Source: Candidatus Babeliales bacterium (GTDB lineage: Bacteria; Babelota; Babeliae; Babelales; Vermiphilaceae). Taken from it: DNA of 15,706 nt. Both the position numbers and the translations under genes were made by a program. The DNA lies in NCBI GenBank assembly GCA_044451405.1, contig JBIOKB010000022.1, forward strand, positions 1-15,706, read 5' to 3'. Positions 1-9,338 of the stretch are shown here, piece after piece (the stretch's first letter is position 1; the number at the start of each line of letters is the position of its first letter). The notes below the pieces were generated by a model, which was given only the letters and a program-made list of their open reading frames with translations, was not told where the DNA came from and did no database searches.

Positions 1-586
1 ATTTATAACTATCCCTTTCCATGCTGCAGAAAAAACAAAAAGAAAAAATACTCCAAGAAAAATAGCCCCTGTATCACAGAAAAAAAAATTTAAACCTACT
101 CCTACTACACCACCGTTAACTCCCACTTCCGCCCCTTCCCATACCCTCGATGAAATTTTTACTCCAACTCTCATTTCTCAAATGGCTCAATCAAATCAAG
201 AACAAATTTTACGCCTCTTAACACAGGCACTCTTTGCTCAACAACAACAAGCATCACTACGAATTACTAAGCTTGAAGAACAAATGTTACAGGAAAGAGA
301 AAAGCACAAAAAACATACAGAAGAACTTGAAAGCCGAATCACCATTTTAGCACAACAATTTGATGGACAGGCAACAACATTACAAGATCACACACATGCA
401 CTTACAGCGCTTACAACAGCCTGTACTGAACACAGAGAAACTATCGATTATACTTCAGATCAACTAGTTGATTTTGCAGTGGCAACTGCCTCGAATATAG
501 CAGCACTTTCAAGAGGGCTAACACAGGAGCAAGCTCTTAGGGGGACTGATCCTATTATGACTCTATCTTTTGATGAGCAAGAATAA
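1..586 (+). CDS. 5'-truncated secreted coiled-coil protein with bipartite NLS-like motif (paralog of next gene)
   Basis: The frame of ORF 182..586 is open back to position 2 (FITIPFHAAEKTKRKNTPRKIAPVSQKKKFKPTPTTPP...), so the true start lies upstream of the window. It shows the end of a signal peptide, a basic motif, a Pro/Thr linker and a heptad-rich helical C-terminal region. Confidence 0.75.
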   Translation, partial: FITIPFHAAEKTKRKNTPRKIAPVSQKKKFKPTPTTPPLTPTSAPSHTLDEIFTPTLISQMAQSNQEQILRLLTQALFAQQQQASLRITKLEEQMLQEREKHKKHTEELESRITILAQQFDGQATTLQDHTHALTALTTACTEHRETIDYTSDQLVDFAVATASNIAALSRGLTQEQALRGTDPIMTLSFDEQE

Positions 587-645
587 AAAGCCTTTTATTG
601 CGTTCTTTTTTACTTCAAGAATATTCTTATGATAAGGAGGATGCT

Positions 646-1284
646 ATGAAAAAACTATGTATCGTACTACTATTTATTGCAGTAATTATAGATGCCGGAG
701 AACAAGCATCTAGTCCAAAAAGAAAGCTTGCTGATCCAGAAGAAAATCCCGTACCCACCACTACCACAAAGAAATTTAAACCTACAGAAACATTCCCGCC
801 TTCTCCTCTATTTCTTCCTTCACTAATCCCTCCTGCCATTTCTAACCCATTACTTGCTCAATCATCGACTCCTTCTTTAGAGACTCTTGCACTCCAACAG
901 AAATGGGCAACTGTATTACACCGTGACCAAATCATGCTCAATGAAAATATGATGGATGCCCACAATTCATTGAAATTGCATGTTTCGAGTTACACAGACA
1001 AAGTGGACACTCTTTTAAAAACTGTTGGCGATATAACCAAAAAAGTCGATGATACAAGCAAAAAAGTTGACGATATAATCAGCAACACACAAACACAAAC
1101 AATAACGCTCCTCCAGCTAATCGTTGCTCTGGGGGAAGATTATGACCGAAGGCAAGAGACAGCGAAAAAACAAGAAGAAGAAATAAAAGCCCTCGCTGAA
1201 AAAATTAAAGATCTTTCTAAACAAGTAGCCTCAATGTCAGCTGATCATGGAAAAATATTTAAACAAGACGAATGGGATTTATAA
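646..1284 (+). CDS. Secreted coiled-coil protein with signal peptide and bipartite NLS-like motif
   Basis: Strong RBS AAGGAGG (634-640) before ATG 646. The protein has a MKKLCIVLLFIAVIIDA signal peptide, then KRK...KKFKPT (shared with the upstream gene), a Pro-rich linker and a coiled-coil C-terminus. Confidence 0.8.
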   Translation: MKKLCIVLLFIAVIIDAGEQASSPKRKLADPEENPVPTTTTKKFKPTETFPPSPLFLPSLIPPAISNPLLAQSSTPSLETLALQQKWATVLHRDQIMLNENMMDAHNSLKLHVSSYTDKVDTLLKTVGDITKKVDDTSKKVDDIISNTQTQTITLLQLIVALGEDYDRRQETAKKQEEEIKALAEKIKDLSKQVASMSADHGKIFKQDEWDL

Positions 1285-1324
1285 TTTTGATAAAATGTGC
1301 GGGATCCAGTAAAGCTTGCTCTAT

Positions 1325-3094
1325 TTATTTCTTCTTTGCAGGCAAAAATTGCAATCCATAATCTTTCAGCTGCCCCTCATCAACCACAACTGGTGAATCC
1401 ATGAGTGGATCATAAAAGCGCTGCGTTTTAGGAAACGCGATAACTTCACGAATAGATGGAGAATTGGTCATTAGCATGATAAGGCGATCGATACCGATAG
1501 CAATACCGCCATGGGGAGGGAACCCAAGCTCTAAGGCTTCAAGCAAGAAACCAAATTTTTTCTGCGCAAGTTCTTTATCAAGACCAAGCATATCAAATAC
1601 TTTATCTTGGACTTCTGCCTTATGAATACGTATGGAACCACCACCAAGTTCTATGCCATTTAAAATCACGTCATATGTACGCGCTTTCATATCAGCACGA
1701 TCTTGAGTTTCCCAGCCATCTTGCGGGCTGGTAAATGGATGGTGCACTGAACTCCACTGCTTTGTTTCTTCATCATATTCAAACAGAGGAAAATCAGTGA
1801 CCCATGAAAAATGAAATTGTCCTTCAGGGATCAAATTAAGCATGGTAGCAAGTTCTAATCGCAAACGGCCTAAAAATGTCCAGGCTTCGTTGTACTTACC
1901 TGCAATAAGGAACAATGTGCTGCCTTCTTGTACCTCAGGAATTTGAGCTTGTATTTGCTTTAAAAAATCATCGGGTAAGAATTTAGCAACTGGTGATTCA
2001 ACAACACCATCTTTAAAGCGAATCCACAACAATCCCTTAGAGCCAAATTGTTGCGCCTTTTCTACCAACGAATCTAATTCAGAGCGAGTAAATGCATAAT
2101 CAGCCACATGTAATGCGCCAATCTTCCCCCCTTTATCAATAACTGAACGTAAAAAACTCAGTTCAGTATGGTGAAAGACTTGAGTTATATTATGTATAGG
2201 CAATGCAAAACGTAAATCTGGTTTATCTGAACCATATTTAGAAAAAGCTTCATCAAACGGCATGCTTGGAAATGGCGTCTTAAGTTCAACATTAAAGGTA
2301 TGCTTCCACACATAGGCAAGCAGGCGCTCCATTAATGAACGAATATCATGTTCATTAACAAAAGACATTTCGATATCAAGTTGCGTAAATTCTGGTTGGC
2401 GATCTGCACGCGTTGCTTCATCTCTAAAACAGCGAGCTACTTGGAAATATTTTTCCATGCCACCAGCCATTAATAGCTGTTTATATAATTGTGGTGATTG
2501 TGGCAATGCATAAAAAGAACGTTCGTAAATACGAGAAGGTACAATAAATTCACGAGCACCTTCGGGTGTATTTTTCGTTAAAATAGGCGTTTCAATTTCG
2601 TAAAAACCTTCTTTGTGGAAAAATTCACGCATGGCAAAAATCACAGTACTACGCAATGCTAATTTTGCATGCATCTGCGGACGACGTAAATCTAAATAGC
2701 GATATTTTAAACGCAATTCTTCATCTACGTTGTCAGCATCTTCAAGACTAAATGGCAAGGTTTTTGCTTTATTTAAAATAGTGAGATTCGTTACTTGCAA
2801 TTCCCATTTACCCGTTGCAAGATCTGGATTTACCGTAACAGGAGTGCGTTCAACTACAATGCCCGTAACAGCTATAACATATTCTGAGCGTAACGCATGT
2901 GCATGCGTATGTGCATCTCCATTAAATGCAGGATTAAACACCAGCTGCATGATACCCGTACGATCACGTAAATCAATAAAAATAAGGCCGCCATGATCAC
3001 GACGTTTATTTACCCATCCAGCAAGATGAATTGTTTTACCAAGATGATGTGCACTTACTAAACCACACGCGATAGTACGTTCAAAAGATTGCAT
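1325..3094 (-). CDS. aspS: Aspartate--tRNA ligase
   Basis: GWVNKRRDHGGLIFIDLRD OB-fold, RLKYRYLDLRR, LPQSPQLYKQLLM, motif 2 RCFRDE..RADRQPEFTQLDIE, GAD insert, ELGGGSIRIH, motif 3 PPHGGIAIGIDR; 589 aa. Confidence 0.99.
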   Translation of the reverse strand: MQSFERTIACGLVSAHHLGKTIHLAGWVNKRRDHGGLIFIDLRDRTGIMQLVFNPAFNGDAHTHAHALRSEYVIAVTGIVVERTPVTVNPDLATGKWELQVTNLTILNKAKTLPFSLEDADNVDEELRLKYRYLDLRRPQMHAKLALRSTVIFAMREFFHKEGFYEIETPILTKNTPEGAREFIVPSRIYERSFYALPQSPQLYKQLLMAGGMEKYFQVARCFRDEATRADRQPEFTQLDIEMSFVNEHDIRSLMERLLAYVWKHTFNVELKTPFPSMPFDEAFSKYGSDKPDLRFALPIHNITQVFHHTELSFLRSVIDKGGKIGALHVADYAFTRSELDSLVEKAQQFGSKGLLWIRFKDGVVESPVAKFLPDDFLKQIQAQIPEVQEGSTLFLIAGKYNEAWTFLGRLRLELATMLNLIPEGQFHFSWVTDFPLFEYDEETKQWSSVHHPFTSPQDGWETQDRADMKARTYDVILNGIELGGGSIRIHKAEVQDKVFDMLGLDKELAQKKFGFLLEALELGFPPHGGIAIGIDRLIMLMTNSPSIREVIAFPKTQRFYDPLMDSPVVVDEGQLKDYGLQFLPAKKK

Positions 3095-3126
3095 TGCTTT
3101 CCCTGCTCATCCACAATTATTTGTTA

Positions 3127-5193
3127 TTAAAACACGTATTCTAAACCTACGTTAAAGGTAAATGCTGCATTGGTCCCAATATTAGGCACTGGCGCATTTT
3201 CAAAACCACTATCATTAAACTTATCTAATGCTTTTGCTTGGTCAGCATTAAGCGGTTTACCTTTAATATCGTGATAATGGCCACCAGGAAAGAACGCAGA
3301 AGTAACACAGAAGATAATCAAATCAGGCAAGAAGTTATACTTAACAAAAGCATTTACTTCAGTACCCAAGAATGTGCGTGCATCGTGCGGTGAGTTAGCT
3401 CCTGTTGCAATATCAAATTTCTTTGTTGGGTGTTGTTGCCAATAAGCCAATACATTTGGATTGAATGAGAATTTTTTGGTCCAATCTTTTGGCGTCCATG
3501 TTAATCCAGCTCCGGTAAATACCAAGTTGGTAAACCCAGTTACTTCTGGTGAATAATCGGTAGGCGATTGCTCGTTTACCGGCACTGATAATGGGCGTTT
3601 TGCTTTTCCTGCACCACCTAATAAGAAGGCTGATCGCACACGCTTGCCCGAATAAATTTCTTGTAACCCAACAAACCCGCTATATACGCCATCAATGGTT
3701 TCATTATTTGGGTTTTCATCACCGGAAGCAACACCGCCAGTTACTGCAAGTTTTAAGTCTTTACCGTAAATCCACCAAGAAGCGTCACCAACCATCATCC
3801 ATCCTGCATATTCATTGGTATAGGGATTACGGAATCGTGTGCGTGAGTTATAAAGCTGATCTAGGGTTACTTCTGGTTGTACTGGAACTGGTGCATCTAC
3901 ATCAGCAGTATATCCTGCTACTTGTCCTATAAGCTGACTATTAAATTGCTCACCTTGATTGTTGCTAAAAATCAGATTCTGAACATTTTTACCATCACTC
4001 ACTAATGACCCCGTAGGGTTAACCGTGATGTTTGGAGAATATGGTGTTTTATAGGGATCAAGATTTGATGGCGTATCAGTTAGATTTGGGTTTGCATTAA
4101 GATAGACGTCGCTATTAACCAACATAGTTCTACCATTTCTATTTTGTATTTCGAGCTGGTTTCTATCCCACCCGCGTACTTTTTGTCGTCCTAAGTTAAA
4201 GGCATAATCAAAACCAAGCTCCCAACGATCCCCTTCATACTCACCCGCTAATCCCATAGTGCCTAGTTTGCTACTTGCATCGGCAGTAAATTCTACCATT
4301 TGCTCAGGATCTTCATTAAATGAGAAATATGGCTCTAAACCAAACATACCCAAATCTTCCGTATCAAACACTGACCAACGAGCTCTACCAGCAATTATGT
4401 AATTAATATGACCAAATCCACGCACCGGGCAGTTGCGTCTGCCAATTTCTTGGCTAAAAATTTTTGCACCAACGTCGCTTAAATTACTGCTTTTACTTTG
4501 CAAAATAGCCGCATATACGTCGTACCCAAGTTTTTTAGGAAGAATATCACCAGAAAGACGTGCGCCATACGCATACTGATCAATAATGCCGTCAGTATAA
4601 AAACCTAGGAGAGATGGCCCTGACACTGCATATGCTGAACCTAATGCTATACCACGGCCAAGTTCAAATGGGAAAGCACCAATCGTAAATGTATGTTCAT
4701 TTTTTAAATCAAGACCAATTGGTTTACCAAGTGTAAAACGCAACCACACTTCACGCATCCAAAATAGATTACGCGGAATGGAGTGATTGTGTGAACCAGT
4801 TACCGCATCAGCAAGTTTAATAGTTGAATAGGTTGTGTTAATAATGCTTTCTGGATTGCCCCAGGTTGCCTTGTTACGAATAGAAAAGAGGAATTCCATA
4901 ATCGGTGTTTCATGTTGCTTCTTCCCATACACAATATCACTTGCTATATCAAAGGTATGGCGAAAAAACAAAATGCGATCGGTTGGACGACAATTTGTCT
5001 GGTTATTGCTATTAAGTAAGCTAATGTTATTCCCCCAAAACATTTCAGGCTTATAACGACCAGATAAAATAAATTCTAAATCAGAATTTTCATTAAATAG
5101 ATTTTTTACGTTAATCGCATTGAGCGGCATTACCATAGCGCTTATCAGCAAACAACACATTACCACGCGTTGCGCTCGCATCATGATGTTCAT
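3127..5193 (-). CDS. Putative outer-membrane beta-barrel protein (porin/export-channel-like), ~688 aa
   Basis: AAAGGA RBS precedes ATG 5193. Signal peptide ends ...MPLNA, there are many amphipathic aromatic/Gly-rich strands, and the C-terminal FNVGLEYVF ends in Phe (BAM beta-signal-like). Confidence 0.7.
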   Translation of the reverse strand: MNIMMRAQRVVMCCLLISAMVMPLNAINVKNLFNENSDLEFILSGRYKPEMFWGNNISLLNSNNQTNCRPTDRILFFRHTFDIASDIVYGKKQHETPIMEFLFSIRNKATWGNPESIINTTYSTIKLADAVTGSHNHSIPRNLFWMREVWLRFTLGKPIGLDLKNEHTFTIGAFPFELGRGIALGSAYAVSGPSLLGFYTDGIIDQYAYGARLSGDILPKKLGYDVYAAILQSKSSNLSDVGAKIFSQEIGRRNCPVRGFGHINYIIAGRARWSVFDTEDLGMFGLEPYFSFNEDPEQMVEFTADASSKLGTMGLAGEYEGDRWELGFDYAFNLGRQKVRGWDRNQLEIQNRNGRTMLVNSDVYLNANPNLTDTPSNLDPYKTPYSPNITVNPTGSLVSDGKNVQNLIFSNNQGEQFNSQLIGQVAGYTADVDAPVPVQPEVTLDQLYNSRTRFRNPYTNEYAGWMMVGDASWWIYGKDLKLAVTGGVASGDENPNNETIDGVYSGFVGLQEIYSGKRVRSAFLLGGAGKAKRPLSVPVNEQSPTDYSPEVTGFTNLVFTGAGLTWTPKDWTKKFSFNPNVLAYWQQHPTKKFDIATGANSPHDARTFLGTEVNAFVKYNFLPDLIIFCVTSAFFPGGHYHDIKGKPLNADQAKALDKFNDSGFENAPVPNIGTNAAFTFNVGLEYVF

Positions 5194-5238
5194 ATAGTCC
5201 TTTGTGTACACAATAATGAAGAGAAAATAGTCTGATTC

Positions 5239-5296
5239 AAGGTAATAGTTTCTGTTGATTTGTCAATCTGACAAATACCATAAATACGATTAAAAT
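5239..5296. promoter_or_regulatory. Divergent sigma70-type promoters with back-to-back -35 elements
   Basis: Minus strand: TTGACA (5261-5266), 16 nt, TACCTT (5239-5244). Plus strand: CTGACA (5268-5273), 17 nt, TAAAAT (5291-5296). Confidence 0.55.
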
Positions 5297-5332
5297 GAGG
5301 ATTTTATCTATCTTTTTTAGCGGGTACCAATC

Positions 5333-6214
5333 ATGAACAAAAAACATACATTACTTTTGGGCGCACACATATCAACTGCGGGCGGATTTGATAAAGCGAT
5401 AACGCGGGCGCAATCAATTAACTGTACAGCTATACAGATTTTTACCAAAAGTAATCGTCAGTGGGCTGCAAAACCAATAACACAGGATGAACAAGAAGTC
5501 TTTAAGAAGGCGGTTAAAGAAACCGGTATCACTTCACTGTTAAGCCATGCTACCTATCTTATTAATATAGGGAGCGGCCAAGAAGATATCCTTATTAAAT
5601 CACGCGCTCTGCTTACTACAGAGCTTGAGCGCTGTGATCAATTGGGCATCCCGTATTTGGTATTACACCCTGGATCCTACGGCACAGGAAGTGAACAACA
5701 GTGCCTGGAAACCATAGCAACCAGCTTAGATAATGTATTTGAGCACTATACAGGCAGCGCTATGGTATTACTGGAAAATATGGCCGGTCAGGGCAGCAGT
5801 GTCTGTTATTCTTTTGAACAGCTCGCTGAAATTCGCACACGCACCAAATATAAAAATAAAGTCGGTATTTGTATTGATACCTGCCACGCATTTGCGGCAG
5901 GTTATGATCTACGCACCTCTGCAACATATGAACAAGTCTGGCATGAATTTGATCGTATTATTGGGCTATCCCATCTTAAAGCATTGCACATTAACGATTC
6001 TAAAAAGCCATTAGGATCTCGTGTTGACCGCCATGCGTACATTGGCCAAGGAGCTATCGGCCTTGAAGGCTTTAAGCTTCTTTTTAACGATCCACGATTT
6101 TTTGATATCCCTAAGATACTTGAAACGCCCTGTGAAAGTGATGCCCCACAGGAATTACTGCGGTGCTATGCGTATAATATGCAGGTTATTAAGGGACTCA
6201 TTGAGAATAGATAG
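5333..6214 (+). CDS. nfo: Endonuclease IV (AP endonuclease)
   Basis: LGAHISTAGG, QIFTKSNRQW, HATYLIN, VLHPGS, LLENMAGQGS, CIDTCHAFAAGYD, HINDSK, DRH, ILETP: the Zn-ligand motifs of Nfo. Confidence 0.98.
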   Translation: MNKKHTLLLGAHISTAGGFDKAITRAQSINCTAIQIFTKSNRQWAAKPITQDEQEVFKKAVKETGITSLLSHATYLINIGSGQEDILIKSRALLTTELERCDQLGIPYLVLHPGSYGTGSEQQCLETIATSLDNVFEHYTGSAMVLLENMAGQGSSVCYSFEQLAEIRTRTKYKNKVGICIDTCHAFAAGYDLRTSATYEQVWHEFDRIIGLSHLKALHINDSKKPLGSRVDRHAYIGQGAIGLEGFKLLFNDPRFFDIPKILETPCESDAPQELLRCYAYNMQVIKGLIENR

Positions 6215-6245
6215 AGAGAAGTGACTTGAATTTAAACAAGAGTGA

Positions 6246-6317
6246 GGTAATAGAGCGAGTTTTAAATTTGAGCTAAGAAGGAATCATAGTAAATTTTAAA
6301 GAACTCGCTCTATTACC
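6246..6317. repeat. 72-bp palindromic element with perfect 16-bp terminal inverted repeats (MITE-like or RNA hairpin)
   Basis: GGTAATAGAGCGAGTT (6246-6261) pairs with AACTCGCTCTATTACC (6302-6317), with imperfect extension inward. Confidence 0.7.
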
Positions 6318-6830
6318 CTCCTCAAGTAAGCAGTGCATCTAACCATACTTCCGCCGGGTCCTTTTATTACCCAGCTAGAGGTATACCTCAAGCTAAATAC
6401 AACATCCATTTTCGTGCGAAATATAAAAAAAACAACAAAGACAACATTGCACAAAATGCAACAAGAAAAAAATGCGTTGTTTGAGCCTGTTTTTAAAAAA
6501 ACGCGTTGCTTTACCCACTAAAATAATACCAAAGCAACACATTTCATTTTTGCAACATTAGATAATACTGTATTTAAGCTACTTTTTCTGGGTTTTTAAG
6601 CAAAACAACGAAAGTTTCATATTGAATTAATATTCTCCAAAAATCGCCACTTTAACCTGTAAATTAGCTGGTTTTTCACTTTTATAGATACCCAAAAATT
6701 TTGTTAATTTTTTACCCATAAAAGTGAGGTAATTTTTACGAATTCTGGGTCATTGGGGGATTGTTTATAGAAATTATCCCCTCAAAATTGATAGAGTATA
6801 AAAGATGAGATTTAACAAATAGGAGGACGT

Positions 6831-7166
6831 ATGAATCTTAGATTGATAGCTTTTGGAGTACTAGCAAGCAGCTCGATACAAGTTTTTGGGGTAAAACTCA
6901 CCATTACCAGCACTCTTGGTCAAAAAGATGTTGTTATATATAAATCTGCCGCAGCAGCACCTCAGGGAAAAGTAAAAATCGCTAACATAAATCAATCTTC
7001 TGCTCCATATACTTTCAATACAGAAGAGCATAAAAAAGTTGATCTGCTAATATTTGAGATTGATTCAAAACAAACCGCTAAAATTTACCCTCAATCATAC
7101 ACCAGGGACACTGCTTTAAAAGTCATGCCAAAATCTGGTGGAATTGAGGTTGTTGAGAGTAAGTAA
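6831..7166 (+). CDS. Small secreted hypothetical protein (111 aa, beta-rich)
   Basis: AGGAGG RBS just upstream and signal peptide MNLRLIAFGVLASSSIQVFG. Converges on infB with a 7-bp gap. Confidence 0.75.
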   Translation: MNLRLIAFGVLASSSIQVFGVKLTITSTLGQKDVVIYKSAAAAPQGKVKIANINQSSAPYTFNTEEHKKVDLLIFEIDSKQTAKIYPQSYTRDTALKVMPKSGGIEVVESK

Positions 7167-7173
7167 GAAGAAA

Positions 7174-9294
7174 TTATTTTTTCTCAGGAACTTCTACAAA
7201 GCACTCGATGCGATCATCAACTTGGAAATCAGTCACTCCATCAATGATGAAGGCACATTCATAGCCGCTATGTACTTCTTTGACGGTCTTTTTATCACGT
7301 TGCAAAGTCTTGATAGGGCCTTCGCCTATTTTTTGCTTGCCCCGCCATACGGTTACAATGCCATCTTTAGAAATGCGTCCGTCTTTGACGTAGCATCCCG
7401 CAATGACTCCCAACCCTTTGATATCAAATACACGGCGTACTACCGCTTCACCAATTTTTTCTTTAACATACTTAACTTCACGCATGCCTTCAATAATCTC
7501 TTCAAGGCGCTCAAGAAGTTTGTAGATGATGTCATAAAGTTCGAGTTTTACCCCATATTTATGCGCAAGAGCAAGTGCGTTAGGCCCTGGCTTAACATGC
7601 AATCCAAAAATAATTGAACCGGTTGTTGCTGCAAGGGTAACGTCGCTTTCGCTGATATCGCCTATACTTGCATTAATAATGTTGCAATGCCTATCACCCT
7701 TTTTGGCTACTTTAGCAATAGAACCAATAAGCGCTTCTTTAGATGAGTTACTATCCGTTTTAATGATAAGGTTAATAGAATTTTCTTTTGCAAAATTTTT
7801 GGTTGGTTGCACAACGTTTTGTTCACTTGTTGCACGGGCTTGTGCATAACGTTCACGAGAAACAACCTCGAAATAATCTCCCGCTTCTGGTATTGCTGAA
7901 AATCCTGCAACACGTACTGGAATTGATGGCCCTACGCTGGTGACGCGTGCGCCATGTGAATCCACTAAAGAACTCACTTTACCCACTGTTGAACCACACA
8001 CAAAATAGTCACCAACTGAGATGTGTCCGTGTTGCGCTAATACAGTTGCAACAGGACCACGCCCCTTTTCCACTTTTGATTCAAGAACGTAGCCTTTAGC
8101 GTGTCCTGCAACATCGGCTTTGAGTTCCATAAGTTGCGATTGCAACACAATCATTTCTAATAATTGATCAATACCAGCGCCTGTTTTTGCTGATATAGGC
8201 ACCACTACCACGTTGCCGCCCCACTCTTCAGGGAGCAGGTCGTTACGGGACAACTGTTGTTTTACCTGTTCAATACGCGCAGACTCAACTTTATCTACTT
8301 TGTTAATAGCAACAATGATCGGAACGCCCATTGCTTGAGTTTGTTTTATTGCTTCAACCGTTTGTGGCATAATGCCATCATCAGCTGCAACAACAAGGAT
8401 GGCAAGATCGGCAAGCTTTACCCCACGCATACGCATCTTAGAAAATGCTTCATGACCCGGCGTATCAATAAACACTACGTTACCCTGTGATGTTGATGCT
8501 TCATATGCACCTAAATGTTGCGTAATGCCTCCTTTTTCACGAGCCGCAACACGCGTCTTACGAATAAAATCAAGGAGTGTTGTTTTGCCATGATCAACGT
8601 GACCTACAACCACAACAACTGGTAATCGTTCTTTAAAATCACCATGCTCAAGGGAAATGACCCCTTTATGCTCTTCAGATTTTTTCTCTGCTGGTTTTAT
8701 TACGGTGACCTGATAGTGCCCTGCCAATCGTAGTACGGTTTCTTCATTAAGCAACTGATTTTTTGCTGCAATAATGCCCCATTTAAGGAGGGTTAAAATA
8801 ACCTGTGTTACCGGCTGATTAATTTCAAGAGCCATTTGAGCAACGGTCATAGGACGAGCAATAAGGGAGATTGACTCAGCGTGAGTGGGAATATGTATTT
8901 GTTCTGTAGGTTTAGAATGAGCAGGAGTTTGTTCATTTGGCTTAGGGGAAATAGAAACTCTGGGTGACGTAGGTGTGATAGGCGTAGATTGCATAATTTT
9001 TGGCTCAAGTTCTGTTACGGATTTTTTTATTTGGTTAGCAGCATCAGCAGTCACCGCTTTTTTTGATCCTTGAGCGGATAATGATTGTTTAGAGGTAGAT
9101 TTTTCCTTGTCCGCTGTCGTTTCGGCAGGAGAAGATTCTTTTTCAAGGTATTTTTTCTTTAAAAAGGCTAACTGATCTTCAGTAAGCAGAGACATGTGAC
9201 TCGTAATATCAAAACCTGCTTCACGAAGCGCTTGCAACACATCACGGTTTGCAATTCCATTTTGCTTTGAAAATTCGTATACACGTATAGTCAC
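7174..9294 (-). CDS. infB: Translation initiation factor IF-2
   Basis: N-terminal IRVYEFSK, G-domain GHVDHGKTTLLD, GGITQHLGAY, DTPGHEAF, INKVD, ISAK, C-terminal IAGCYV and GYEC; GTG start. Confidence 0.99.
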   Translation of the reverse strand: MTIRVYEFSKQNGIANRDVLQALREAGFDITSHMSLLTEDQLAFLKKKYLEKESSPAETTADKEKSTSKQSLSAQGSKKAVTADAANQIKKSVTELEPKIMQSTPITPTSPRVSISPKPNEQTPAHSKPTEQIHIPTHAESISLIARPMTVAQMALEINQPVTQVILTLLKWGIIAAKNQLLNEETVLRLAGHYQVTVIKPAEKKSEEHKGVISLEHGDFKERLPVVVVVGHVDHGKTTLLDFIRKTRVAAREKGGITQHLGAYEASTSQGNVVFIDTPGHEAFSKMRMRGVKLADLAILVVAADDGIMPQTVEAIKQTQAMGVPIIVAINKVDKVESARIEQVKQQLSRNDLLPEEWGGNVVVVPISAKTGAGIDQLLEMIVLQSQLMELKADVAGHAKGYVLESKVEKGRGPVATVLAQHGHISVGDYFVCGSTVGKVSSLVDSHGARVTSVGPSIPVRVAGFSAIPEAGDYFEVVSRERYAQARATSEQNVVQPTKNFAKENSINLIIKTDSNSSKEALIGSIAKVAKKGDRHCNIINASIGDISESDVTLAATTGSIIFGLHVKPGPNALALAHKYGVKLELYDIIYKLLERLEEIIEGMREVKYVKEKIGEAVVRRVFDIKGLGVIAGCYVKDGRISKDGIVTVWRGKQKIGEGPIKTLQRDKKTVKEVHSGYECAFIIDGVTDFQVDDRIECFVEVPEKK

Positions 9295-9338
9295 TTGAGC
9301 ACATCCTACTCGATCTAATCGTTAGACTTATGTTGGTA

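Noticed and set aside
2820-3010. Calling AspRS non-discriminating from His in RRDHGG
   Set aside because: The second diagnostic position is not clearly Gly (ERTPVTVNP). The call needs the genome's asnS/gatCAB content.
6333-6521. 62-aa ORF, or a ZTP-like riboswitch suggested by minus-strand CCGGCGGAAG
   Set aside because: The ORF has no RBS and low complexity. The remaining riboswitch consensus and a suitable downstream gene are absent.
7138-7617. ORF 7138..7617 (+) and the other short ORFs overlapping aspS, the beta-barrel gene, nfo, infB, nusA, udg and the protease
   Set aside because: These are shadow frames of well-supported genes.
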